From Vermamoeba vermiformis (lineage: Eukaryota): DNA of 64,000 bases. Location of the stretch: assembly GCA_045837725.1 (NCBI GenBank), contig JBEWZL010000260.1, forward strand, positions 124,001 to 188,000. Direction: 5' to 3'. Under the pieces are notes generated by a model, which was not told where the DNA came from, made no database searches, and saw only the letters and a list, made by a program, of their open reading frames with translations. The translations under genes and the position numbers were made by a program. This document shows, in pieces, positions 16,075 to 31,194 of the stretch. Each line of letters begins with the position of its first letter. Within the stretch, counting starts at the first letter, position 1.

Positions 16075-18910
16075 TTAGTTTTTTTCAGTGTGTGTCTTCT
16101 TAGGCTTGGCAGGGTTGATGTCTTTCTTGGCTTTTCGTTTCTTTGAGCCTTTTGCAGCAATTGGTATTGGTTTGTTTTCATCTGCCAACATGTCTGAATT
16201 TGCATTTGTATCTGTGATTTTAGAGAGGTACGACAGGAGGAACAACATGCTCAACCAATTGCTACCATTGGACTCAACAAAGTTTTGCTGATCAGTGACA
16301 TCTTGCTTTGTGCTTTCTCAGTAAGGAGGATTTTGAGGGTTTAGGATCCACCAACACAAAAATGTGTCCTTGATCCAAGAGTGGTGTCATGTGCCTTACA
16401 TCCTCACATTTGGCTTGCACACTTTTACATTGAATCAACAAGAAACGAATGAAGTCTGACTCTTGCTGGTGAAGTGCTTGGATTGGTGCCTGTCACACAA
16501 TTAGTGTTGCTACATAAGCTCTGAAATTGACTGGGTACTTTACCTCATTTTTTTCAACCTTGTTTGCAAGCGTTTGAAGTTTGTTCAGATCATCATTTTC
16601 CAGCATCAAGACAGGCACCAAAACATCAGCAAAGTTTAAATTAGCTTTGTTAATGATGATGGCTTGGGACTCTTTGAGACTAGGAAGTAGGGCTGCAAAT
16701 GTTCTGCTTTCAGCTTGCTTTGATTTTGTGACTTTGTCAATTACTTCACTTATTTGGCATTTTGCTTTGAAAACTCCTGTTAATCGAACCTGAATGCTCA
16801 CATTAGTTTATGTGCCAATATATTCATCCACAACTTACATAATGATTGCTGTACTTCCAATCTGCAACTAAACTTTGCATCTTAACATAGGTGTACTGAT
16901 TTTTGGCCTGAAGCTGGTATCGTGCCCAGAGTGATGTTGCACAAGCTACTTCAAGCCTAGAACCCTCTGTGCTTGTTTCTGAGCCATCACCTCCAACAAT
17001 ATCTGCTAGGATTGGAGAATAGGAGTCAAACAACTCAGAGGGCTTGTCTCCCTTCCATAATTCTGCTGAGATGTTCTAGTCATTGTTAGCAATCTAGCAC
17101 ACTAAGTCTACTTAACTCACCATTATTTCAGAGCCATAAAAGTGAAATGGCAGTGTGTAGCTACGACTTGCACATTGACCTTTAACTGGACCAAACTGAA
17201 TAGGCAGAATAATTCCCTTGCCCTCTAGCTCAGCATAAGTTGTTGCGCCTCTAATTCAGATTATTAAAATTAGAAGCTGCTGTAATTGGAATGGTACCTG
17301 ACTATGCCATTTTGAGGGTTGGTTAGGCAGAGGCTTAACTCCAACAAGACTTGCTTATCAAATTGACCAGCCAATCCTCTTTGAATAAAATAACTGGTGG
17401 CATTTCTGGTGAAAGTGTCAAATAATTGCTTCTGTTCTGCTGTAGTTATTGTCTCCCTGGCCAAGATGCCTTCAAATGATTGCAGAGCATCATGTAGAAT
17501 TTGTACTGCACGTGGAATTCCAAGACATCTCCTCCATAGAATATCAACTAGTCTTGAACCAGCAGCTGAGACATTCTTGCAAACTTTTTGATAGTATTCT
17601 TCTGATGACAGTGGATTCAGTGGCAGAATGACATCAGTCAGTATTCTAGTTGGGTCTTGAAGTTTACTCAAATCAGCTCCATAAAGTCCAACCTTTGCAC
17701 CGTGAGAATGAAACCACTAAGATAAGCCAACTTACCATCAGTACATGCACCTTAAACACTTTAGATTCCTGTGCAAATTCGTAGAACTGAATTAGTACGT
17801 GATACGCAACTGCTTTTTGCAAAGCTTCCTGAGCAAGAATTCCCTGGTAAAAAATGTTTAGTTAATATACCGATAGGGCTTCATTCAGGCAAACTTACTT
17901 GTGCTTCATCGATGTTGACCAATATAAGTGTTCCTGGAAGAGGCTGGCCAATTGGTGTGTAACCCTCTTTTTCAACGAGATGGATAAACAGTCGCATTAG
18001 GGAGAAGAATACGGTGTACTTTGGCTGCTCTGCTGCTTTTAGAAGTCCTGCACTTTCAAGCCACGTCTTGTCTTCATTACATTCAACATTCCACACATTT
18101 GGTATCATCATTTCTTTGGAACCAACAGTCCGTCCGTGAAATCGTCTGCAAATATTCCGGCTGACGATTGATCGGCAAATTAGGTCCGTTGCTTTAGCGA
18201 CGTCTTCCGCACTGTTTGGATCGCGTAACTGAAAATCAAGCTTGAGACCAGAGATCGAGAGGACAACAGACTGCTGCAATGTTCGATGAAGATTGACCAA
18301 GAACCTGATTCGCTTCGTCCTCTCAGACCTGTCTTGAAGCGTCTCAGAACCGCTTTCTATCTCGTTAAGTATCGTCTTCAGCTCTTTGGTGTTCTCTAAA
18401 GGCAACGACTTGTTCTCGATAAAGGCTTGCAGGACCTCAGCGTTGTGAAAGACGCGGATCGCCCACTCCAACAACAGACGTGTCTTTCCGTAGCCAGGAG
18501 CAGTTGTCAGGACGGCTGCTTTTGGCTTGGTACTTCCGATACGCGTAAAATTTGCGAAGCAGTCGTTCAGCAGAGACAGCAGCGCGAGTTGACGATTAAA
18601 GAACGGTGGTTGAGCCAAATTTCTCCAGGGCACTGGATCGTCGACGCCACTGGGTAGCGGGAAGGTGAATCTCTCGTCCTCGGGATGGGGAACGAGGTAG
18701 TCTGCGTTATAAGCCAGCAGCTCGTTGCAATGATTTATCACTTTTTTGATCCCGCGAGTTGAAAGCTTTTGCAGCTGGGTATAAATTTTGAATATTACTC
18801 TCTTTTCCTCTTTTGTAAATAGTTAGTATTAACATTATTGCGCGTAAGTCTCGAAGCAAGACTGAATATAGAAACTCACCACCATCTTCTAAAGCTTCTT
18901 GCTTCTCCAT
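16075..18910 (-). CDS. P-loop NTPase fused to C-terminal PD-(D/E)xK nuclease (Crinkler/RHS-type)
   Basis: FFNR, Walker A APGYGKT, Walker B LVNIDEAQ, GIPRA motif, then FADV...LLIQCK, basic tail KKRKAKK; 3' end needs one indel near 16295. Confidence 0.7.
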
Positions 18911-19419
18911 TCGAGACTCTATAATCGAGGAAATATTATCAATTAATTATTCTTAGCAATTAAACGCCTGCAGAGTTTTGTCTGATTTTTTAAAGCAAAA
19001 TCGAATTTGGATTTGAGCCAAAACTCCGTCAAAGAGTAATCTAATCCTTCTTGGCACAGATAAACAATTATATTAAAATTTAAAAATCAGGAGAAGTAAA
19101 ATAAGGAGCAATTTTCCATTTAGTAACGCGCATCTAAAATCTCCTTCAGCGACACGAGTCTGCAGAACTTACATTATTGATTTAGTTACTTTGTTGTCGT
19201 TTAACATTGACATAATCAACATTGTGGACTACAACTGGTCAAAACCAAAAAGTCTGCCATTTGCAGCTGAACTGGTTATCTTGCTAGAATAATTTTACAG
19301 TATCGCGTAGCAGGAAGATAAATACGGTTTTATTATGTACATTCCGGTTACTAGCATTGGATTACTATATTACATATTTAACAGGTTTAGTGATTATGTT
19401 CGTATGGGTTGATAAGCTA

Positions 19420-22400
19420 TTAGACGTTGATATCAAACTCGGGCAGTTCCGGGATCCCGCTCGACGACTCATCACTTGAACTGAATGAAGGCCTACTATT
19501 ATCAAAATTGGCAAAGTTCTTGCTGATATCGTTTTCTCTTCGTTCGAAGCTCGAGTTAGCGACAGAGTCGTTCTTCTTGTAATTCTTTCGTTTCTTCTTA
19601 TACGCCCTCTCGCTGTCTTTAGATCTCGACTTCAAGCTCGGATCCGTTCGAGGCCTCTTACTCGGCACTTTCTCTTTATCTTTCGACTCTCGTTCAGAAA
19701 ACCTCTTCTTGTCTCTCTCTTTCGCGCCACTACTTCGCAAAGGCGCCGTTCGATCGCTCAAGGCCGGCTCATTGTTGTTATTGTTCGTGCTCTCAACGAT
19801 TACTGTCGCGGGCTTCGGGCTCGGCATGCGATTCTTCTCGCCTGATTTATTCCGTCCTTCTTTGTCTTCACTTTTTCGCGCTGACGGCATCAGGCTCTCT
19901 TTGTCGCGTGAACTAGGTTGACTGCCATTGCCATTTGTTCCGACTCGTTTCAACTCTGGCAACTCAATCTCGTTCTTGTCCACACCAGCGTTGTGATTGT
20001 TATTTTCATCGGTGTTCAGCGTGTTTGAACTTGACACGGGCAACAACAATCCTCCGTTAGCGTTCTTCAATTGATTCAGTTCTTTGGTCAGTTCGCTGTT
20101 TTGGCCCTTCAAGACTTCATTCTGCTTCGTCAATTCTTTCACGCGGCCCATCAACTTTTCAATCTCCGATTTGATGTTAATAAACTCGTCGTCCATCGAT
20201 GACACCGTAGAATTGTAGTAGCCGCTGCGACCAGCGGAATATTGTGAGTACATGCTCGAATCATTCGTGCCACGCGACATGGCATCGCCGGGTTGGTGAC
20301 CCTTCTCGCTATTAATCGGTGATAATTTTCCGCTGCCGAAGCCAGTTCTGACGTAATGAAATTTGTTCACGAACAGCGTTATCACCGTGATGAGATTGCC
20401 AATAATAATTCCGAATGCGTGAATGGCAAACATTGCATGGGGCTCAACCGCGTCTGAAAACTCCAACGCGACGACAGCTAAATTATAAGTATATATTAGT
20501 ACATAAACGCGGGTATATGTGTTAGATTTACTATTCGAAGAAATCAAACACAGATTTACTTTCACAAGAATCGACCCAAAAAAAATTTGTGTAATAAAAT
20601 CAGTTTTTGTGCATCAAAAAGTACTTCTTAATTTATCGAGTATTCAATACTACCACTATATTAAAGTATGCGTATAATATGACTTACCAACACCACAAAA
20701 GGCGATGCAATAGATGATGAAGGCCAATAACTTGGACTCGTTGTAGACCTTGTTCGGAATAACTCGGATGCGCACCGTCAAATAAATTCCAACGGCAACT
20801 ACGGCACCATTGTACACCACAGATATAATCACAAAGATGGTGCGCACATTCGATGTCGAGCATTCCATTTGCCACGTGGAAGGTTTGTACGGGTTCTCTG
20901 GCTCCAACATCGGGTCATTGCCGAGAGCTGCAATTACAACCGCGATGGCGATTTCAATGGCGACCAGCACAGCAGTAATAATCGTCAGTCTCGCGTCGGT
21001 GATGTTGTTAATAGTCAACGACTTGTTGTTGTAAAGCGACCAGATCCGCCACACTTTTGCGAACAACGAGCCAAATGTCATGATGAAACCGATGCCCAAG
21101 AGCAATGGATTTAACGTGCACGTGGCCACTGAGACATTGCTCGGCGAATCAACAAAGATACTGCTGTACGAGATCAATGTGCCCACGAGAATGTAGCACA
21201 AGAACAACGAGCTCGAGTGCGAGATGACTGGATTGCGACGATAGGCCAAGACACAAATCAGCAGTGCTACTGATAGTGCCATAGAGACTAAGCGAAAATA
21301 ATATTATTAGGATTGCTATTAATAGAATGACCGTTGAAGAATCAATACCGCATAGTATCATTTAAAATAAACGCAGTCTATTTAGATTTAATAGATTGGC
21401 CATTAAAGAATCAAAAATTAATACGTGATCGGTTACTATTTTTAGGGTTTTTATCGAGAAAATTTGTTCGATAAATTTCCTCAATGAAACGATTGCCAAA
21501 AATTGGTATTATTTAATCAAGCTCACAAGTCTAATATTGGTGTGGCCGATAAACGTAATCTATTAATATAAAGTTCATATATAAATAGCACTTACGAATT
21601 GTCACAGCAAAAACGCCCCAATCGACGGCAGTATATTGAGGATTGAAAAATCTCTCGTGCCACTGTAGATGATTAATGTTAATTATGATTACGATAAATA
21701 TGATATTATAGCGCCGTGTATATCAATAAATTTTATAATACGAATTAATAAGGCGTCATACCTGCGGAATCGGATAAATCATATCGACTTGTTGGATCCG
21801 ACTTGGTGCGAGAACCATAAGCGTATTATTCGATGAGCTATTCGTCAACACATCGCTGGCAGTGATTGTAGGTTGATATTGCAAAAATGGCACGGGTCTA
21901 AGCTGCGTGTGGTCAGATCCGAATTGGTACGGGCCTAGATGATAGATCTCGCATTAGTAATGCTCGAGATGAGTTATAAATATTATTAGTGTGCTTATAT
22001 AATAATAAAATGTCTTAAGTGTCGCTTCGGATATTGATTAACGGATAGCCGGAAAGCATCCGTCTCGGAGGTTGCGTTAATTAATGCCACATCCACACAT
22101 TTAATATAACATACGGAACATAAATCGCACCGAATATAAAAATAAACAATATTAATTAATTCAAGCACATAGCCGCCTCAATTTAAAGATTTACATTTCG
22201 AGAACTTCTAAAATTGGCAATTTGCGCATCTCGATAGTGAGGCGCTTAAAATTAATGCCAAGATAAGCGGCTACGCATTATGCGATGCACTCGGGTAATA
22301 TGAATAAAATAACGTATTTTCTGGCAAAGCAAGTAAAGATCTAATTTGTTGAACGTACCGAAAAAAGTTTCGACTTGATTACGGCCCAATGCTTGCGCTA

Positions 22401-23430
22401 CTTCATCATCCTGCAATGTACCAGCAGTCTCTATAGCAACTGTTAATAAGAGACCTGCAACAGTCGCGTAGGCGTTCGTTGGCACTGCTTCTTTAAGGAA
22501 CAGAGTTCTGTATCTGGATTTGAATCTCGAGTAACTTCCAAAGTAGACGTCTTTGTAGTCTATGCCAGGACCAGCTACATCATGACCAGCGAGGTAAGCC
22601 ACTAAATTGGGATCTGCATCCCCGTACAAGTTATCGCCGATGAGATCGACCACAACCGCACTCGGCAAATAGTCCAAATCTTTCATTACTTGCAACATGT
22701 ATCGTACGTTGGCCGAGAAAGTGCACATCATCAGCACATCCGCTTCGAGCTTCTTAACTTGCAGGATTGTGTCATACAAATTTTGCTTTTGTTCATCCGT
22801 TGGTTCCACGTCGGCAGCTGTTATTGATAATGTCTTGACTATGTCCAAGCTGTAGTCTGGCGCATTTTGAGCGACACCAGCGCAAATTGAGCTGTGCAAC
22901 ACTGAATCCTCGGTTACTAATGTGATCGTCTGCGCTCCTTTAAGTCTCAACGTCGGAAGGGACTGCAAAGCAAATCGCGATGCTGAAGGGTATACTGAGA
23001 ACGCCTTATTCGAGTCCTGAAAGAACGAATCCGCTGCCACTAAAATACCGATCAATAGCCGATTTGCTGCTTCAGTGACATTCCTTGCTTCTAATGCCAA
23101 CTCGGTGGTGACTGGGGCCAATAAATAATCCACAGATCTATCATTGACTAACTGTTCATAATTCAGACGCACTTGGTCAACATTTCCGAAATCCTCCAAA
23201 ATTTTTAATTGGAACTGAATGGTTGCATTATTTAGCTGTAATTTATATTCGTCGTTTGCCCATTGTTGCCATACTAATAATCCATTCATTGTATCTTGGC
23301 TGAACTGTTGTTTCATAGGCGAGGAGCTCTGAAAAGACAGACTGATCCCTACTGTTACATTCAGGATGGAGCTCCCAGCCGAAATATTTACAAATAAATA
23401 TAATATTAGTGTTACAAATAGCACGGGCAT
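19420..23430 (-). CDS. Family-3 (GABA-B/Grl-like) GPCR with N-terminal periplasmic-binding-protein domain
   Basis: Signal peptide, ANF/LIV-like ectodomain (YLLAPVTT, VETFFG), 7TM motifs PVISHSSSLF, GSLFAKVWRI, YNESKLL, coiled-coil and charged tail. Confidence 0.9.
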
Positions 23431-24002
23431 ATTACGGGCTATTCGCATGCTTCTTAAAAGTTCGTTATCGCTTCTCTAGTTGTTGCATGTTTGTTGTTTC
23501 TTGGGCGACTAAATTTACAAAATTGAAAAACCAACTTATGACGGCTGCTAAATATAGCGCGACCAAAAGAATACCTTATATACGTTGCACTATGCTTGTT
23601 TGGACCTAACCTAGGTCATTACGCTAACAAAAAATGTTGTGTGGGAATTTGATCTAAATTTAGCATTTTTTCTGGCGCCGGTGATTAACCGCCGATCCAA
23701 CGGACATTGCATTGAGGGCACTAACTGTTCACTGCAAGAATACAGCAGAATCATGGCATCGGAAGCCTCCTGAAAAGTCGAATAACGATTCACAAAAGAT
23801 ATTCTTAGCTTGCGCCCTTCGGATGCCTAATAGCACTGAAATTACACCTTAATGCTTATTTTATCGATTTTGACTGATCTAAAAGATTTGGTATGGCACG
23901 GAATCCCAAATTAGCCCTCTTCCGCGAGAAACAGATTTTTGAGGCAAGATCTCAGGCCTTTGTCTCATTTAATCGTGCAAGGCTACAACAAACGGATTAA
24001 TT

Positions 24003-24404
24003 ATGTCTTCTTTGATCACTCTTAACAGGGCCTGTGGCGCGTACGAGTTGGCATTCGCTGTATTTCACGCACAATTCCCTAAATTGCTCAGATGGAACGT
24101 ACAGCTACCGAGGCTTTCTACCGATAATGCAGGAGTAATGAAAATTCTCAATCTATGCCTTACCTTTAAATTTGCGTGGTCTACATACATGTTTTGGACT
24201 TGCGACGATGATCTAAACACGACCAAACTCGGAAAATCATTCAAGTTAGGTCAAACAATATTTTGGATCCTACGCTTTATCGAGCAATTTATCTACCTCA
24301 ATGTAGAGCATCCTGTCCACAGATTGCTTACGATTATTTTTGGATCTGGTGTGTTACTCCACGGCTACAACTTCTTGCAACACAAAGGCCGTGCAAATAA
24401 ATAG
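24003..24404 (+). CDS. Small intronless ~4-TM membrane protein, bacterial-like
   Basis: 133-aa ORF with four hydrophobic segments, AFAVFH..W and FWILRFIEQFIY motifs. Confidence 0.6.
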   Translation: MSSLITLNRACGAYELAFAVFHAQFPKLLRWNVQLPRLSTDNAGVMKILNLCLTFKFAWSTYMFWTCDDDLNTTKLGKSFKLGQTIFWILRFIEQFIYLNVEHPVHRLLTIIFGSGVLLHGYNFLQHKGRANK

Positions 24405-24651
24405 GCTAATTGCGCTTTGATTGTTATTGAATCAAAAATTGCTTCAATAATGAAATCTAACGGAATAAAAGTACATTTTTAGATTTTTGTGTTCCGTTAA
24501 GTAATGCGGCAAGACTTGCAAACTCTACCCATAGCTTTGCACTAGCAGCATAAAGACACTAGGTCTTATTATGAACATTAATCCAAAAAGTCCCGCTATT
24601 CTCCTCTAGCGAGTTGCAAAAATTTTACCTAATTTGATTTTGCGAGCAAGA

Positions 24652-26391
24652 ATGTCCAACAAGCAACACAAGCGTTCAAAAAATAAGCATAGGCATAGCA
24701 ATTACCGCGACGATCATAGAGATCGCAGAGATGGCTTTGACCGCGAAAGAGAGTATGAACACGAATCTATGAATGACGGATCTTACTCTCAAAGGCCGCA
24801 GCAATATGATCAAGGATATAATAATGGCAGAAAAGATTATCAGAGGTATAATAACGATCAGCGACAACCAGATCAGCAGTGGCAGCAGAATAAGCTTTCT
24901 CGATCGTTTTCGGGATCTAGAAGTGATAATAGAGGAGGAAACCCGAGACATTTAGTTTTTGCATGCAATATTGATCATTATTCAGCGTTAGTAAAGGCTA
25001 GCGCAACAAAGCCAACAGAGATCGCGTCATTTTCAATTACAGATGGCGTTCGAACAACACCTGGTAGCGTAGTAAGTTCATTTAAAATAATAACAAAATA
25101 TATAGTATTTTCTAAAATTATTTATCGATTATTTAACGAACGCTGAAAGATTTTATTTTTTGACAACGCGCTCGATCAACGAGCAGACTTGTTTTAATCC
25201 TGACTTATGTAGAAACAATATCATGCACCTACTCTACCCCTCGATCTTAATATTGGCTTTGAAACACGAACACTTAAGCAAGAGGCACATAGTAACATTG
25301 AACCAGTCATCGCAACTTTAAGTGACAATCAAATAGACGTACGAAATACTGTGGAATATTTACAATTATATTTATTAATGCAATTTTATTACTATAGCTT
25401 TCTGACGTCCACTTCATATCGTTCAGAAATAATTTCAACAAAATATTCGGCGCGCCTTACAGCAATAATCCGTGGGAAATTGATGTATATAGACAAAATA
25501 ACATTATTTATTTCGACGTTGTAAAATTAGAAGAGAGAAATAGCGCCTTTGGCGAAAAAGCTACTTATTGGGGGTACGATCTTACACTCATTTAAGCACT
25601 TAACCAACGTATTAATTATATTCAAAAGGTATAAATTCGAGGAATACTGCACGGCTGGAGTAGAAGAAAATGGGGCGTTTGATCCAAATAATCAATTCTG
25701 TAGACTTTTAAAGCTTCAAATTGACTCGCACACGTAAGTTCAATAACTCAAAATTAATTATCGCCAAATCTCTTATATTATTATAGAATTATTATTGGTG
25801 CTGAAATCGATTGCTACGAACTTGATGCTGAGCCAAAAGAAGGTGAAGACATTGAAATGAAAGAAAATGACGACACGGATGATGGATCCGTCAAGTATCA
25901 TTACGTAGAGCTAAAAACGGCGAAATCGCTCGATAATTTCCGAGAAGAAGGAAAATTCAGGAGGTAAATATTATTAAATAATGAAAGATTTGTATTAACT
26001 TGTCGTGTAAAGGTACAAAATGATGAACTTTTGGATCCAAAGTTTCTTGGGTGACGTGCCGGAGATCAAAGTGGGCTTTAGAGACGATAAAGGCATTGTG
26101 AATAAGATTGAAAGCTTTCAAACTTTAGAAGTGCCGAAGTACGCTGAACATTGGGTACGTGGCCGCAAGATCTAACATAATTTTTTTTCTTACACGCGCT
26201 AGTATCTAAGGCATATACACTATACTAATATTATATTATAGGACGCACAAAAGTGCATAAATTTTGCATCATCGCTGTTATCACTGTTGAAATTATCGAC
26301 GCAGAACAACAAACGGTACACGATGACCTTCAATCATCCCTTTACGCATGTTGAGCTGCATTTAAGTCAAAAAGAAGGCACATTCTTGTAA
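24652..26391 (+). CDS. DXO: RAI1/DXO (Dom3z) decapping exoribonuclease
   Basis: FISFRNNFNKI, YWGYKFEEYC, GAEIDC, YVELKT, FWIQSFLGDVPEIKVGFRDD. Confidence 0.92.
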
Positions 26392-26480
26392 ATAATAAAC
26401 ACATTAATAATAATTGTTCGGAAGCACGTGCTTAATCGATAAAATTAGCTCAGAATGGTTTTTTTATTTTGAGCAGCAAT

Positions 26481-28724
<2,244 letters not shown>

Positions 28725-29368
28725 CGAAGTTCCGGTGGATCTCACAAATCGCCGCTGTATTGACAGGCGCGCACTATTTTCCTATATTCTGTACATAGCC
28801 AATAAAAAATCAGTTGCAGGCTTTAATCCGAAATTATCCTCGTTCATGAAATTGTACGATCCGGACCGTTTTTCAGACTTGGTTCCCAACTCGATCCGCT
28901 TCTCCCAAATTAAAATATCGGGCAATTCTACAAAAAAGAATTTACGTCGCGCAACACTTACCTCGGGCAAGAGAATTAATTGAAAATTAATTACGTATTT
29001 CGGTTCTAAGGTTGGTGGATCTATAAAATCTCCGAGAATGCATCCGTAGTGGTGTCGGGCATCGTCCCGCTACATCTATGGCACGTGAAAGAAGCGTCTG
29101 CCGTAAAATTCGATCTTCCCGAACCCGAAAGATTACGCCGTTCCGAGTTTCATTAATTGTACACTTTTGGATTCTCCGACAAAATTTGGCCCAAAACGGA
29201 ACGACGGGCTTGATTGAAAACTTTCGGCGCGCTTTGTCGGGTTATTCAGAAATCAACTTTCAAGCGCGAACAACGCATCGGGAACTCACCTCCATGGAAA
29301 TAATTAACTCGATCTCAAACCTCGACTTCGTTCACCCGAAGAGTGACACTATTTATCAAGAAAGCCTT

Positions 29369-30725
29369 ATGGCACTTATTGTAGCTAAGAATGACCCTCC
29401 TGCTATGATGCTTGCTAAATTGGCTGCTACCTATGTAAGTCGGACTTCAATAGGACGCCGCCTAAGTTTCGGGTTTCATCTTCGGATCGCGTACTGATCT
29501 TCAAAATATTTTTTAGGCTTGCCTCAGCTTTACCTTCTATATGCTTATTTCAGTATTCGACTATGTTTATTTGTACCAACAACGTTGGGGAAAGCGCGAT
29601 CACAGCATCCCTCAAATCGACAAGCCCCTTAAAACTGGACAACTCTGGAAAGAAGTAAGTGCGCAAAATTCACAAACAATTATTACACGCGATATCAAAC
29701 CGCATATTTCCGTGGCTTAATCCCCGAACAGTCTTCTTACTCGCTCAATAACAGATCAAGTGGAACTTATTCAACTGCATTGGTTCTTCTTGCTTGGCTG
29801 CTCCTTGGATCTATGCTGGTCACTTCTCTAAGTACAGCAGGGTCTACCACCACGTTGAGGAGTACGGCTGGGCTTGGATTCCTGTTTCAGTCTTCCTTTT
29901 CGTCGCCATCAGCGAGTTCATGATTTACTGGGCTCACAGAATCTTGCACGAGGTTCCTATTCTCTACAAGTACATCCACAAGCCTCACCACGACTTTATT
30001 GCCGTCGATTCTTTCACTGGAGCTGCTTTCCATCCAAGTACGAAGATATTTTTGTGAACCGCTTTTCGGTTTTTTGCCCGTCCTGAAAATTATTTATTTA
30101 TTCTCCGCACGTTGCGGGTAGCTTTAAATTATGGTTAGTCAAAGCGGGTGATATTCACCCTCCTTTGGTTAACCGCAAGCTGCATAACGCATCCGGACAA
30201 ACTTTCTAAAAAAGGAACGGTCAAAAAATCTTTTTCTATTGATTACATTTATTTAATTTGTCGTTTATAAGTCGGAGCGAGTAATTATTGTTATCTTCAT
30301 TCAATCTCACTTCTTTCTCGAAAAGTCTTAGCAAGATCGAAGCTAACTTTGCTATTCTTTAGTCGACGCTTTTATCCAAGGCTTCCCTTACTTCGGCATG
30401 CCCTTCATCGTTCCTATGCACGAGAACTTTGTCTTGGCTGCCTTGCTCTTCGTTATGTGCTGGAGCGTCTCCATCCACGACCGCGTTACTTTTGCTAGGT
30501 AAGTTTTTTTGCCTTATTATTGCAATTTCAGCATTCGCTAATCTTAATAACTACAGATGGAAGTTCTTGAACGGTGCTGGTCACCACTGGATCCACCACA
30601 CTAAGTTCGTATTTAACTACGGACAAGTCTTGACTTTTATGGACAGACTCTTTGGAACTTACTACGATCCGTACGTTAACGTTGGCAAAGACGAGGTCCA
30701 AAAGCAAATGCAAGAACAATCATAA
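29369..30725 (+). CDS. Sterol desaturase / fatty-acid hydroxylase family (ERG3/SC5D-like); alternative start at 29294
   Basis: His boxes YWAHRILH, IHKPHH, HHWIHH; AFHPIDAF, NYGQ, DRLFGT. Confidence 0.88.
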
Positions 30726-31194
30726 GCGAAATATTGACAATATAAGAATATCAAACTGAAGGAACAAATATTTTGTTAATTTGGCCGTTTTTCCGATCAG
30801 ATCGGTTGGAAAGGCGTCAAATAATTTGTTTTCTTCAGGTAATATTTAATTTATTTATTATGCCCACCCTATGTACAAAGTCTAACATAAATCGAAAACT
30901 GTTAAAACCCAATTCTCCGCAGTTGGATGTGGGAACGATTATGAATCATGATACTAAGCGCGTTAATAATTATTAAAATACTAGTAGATGCTTATATTGC
31001 GGTGGATTGTCGGATTCTTGCCTCGCTTTACTAATAAGTACAAATCTGGCGAACACCGAAGATGGGTCTTAATTGATCTTACTCTAAACCCTAGTTATGC
31101 TTCATAAAACACTGATGAGTATTTGACCCAAGGCGGCGCCCTCCTTAGATCGAAGTAGCGCTTTTAATTATTTGTTATTTTCTTGGCTCCGACA

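Noticed and set aside
18707-18910. Apparent frameshift at the start of the NTPase gene
   Set aside because: Resolved by a canonical GTGAG...CTAAC...AG intron
29000-29300. Cluster of CCG/CGG triplets upstream of the sterol desaturase
   Set aside because: No fixed spacing or longer consensus, and TCCG/CGGA is common across this window
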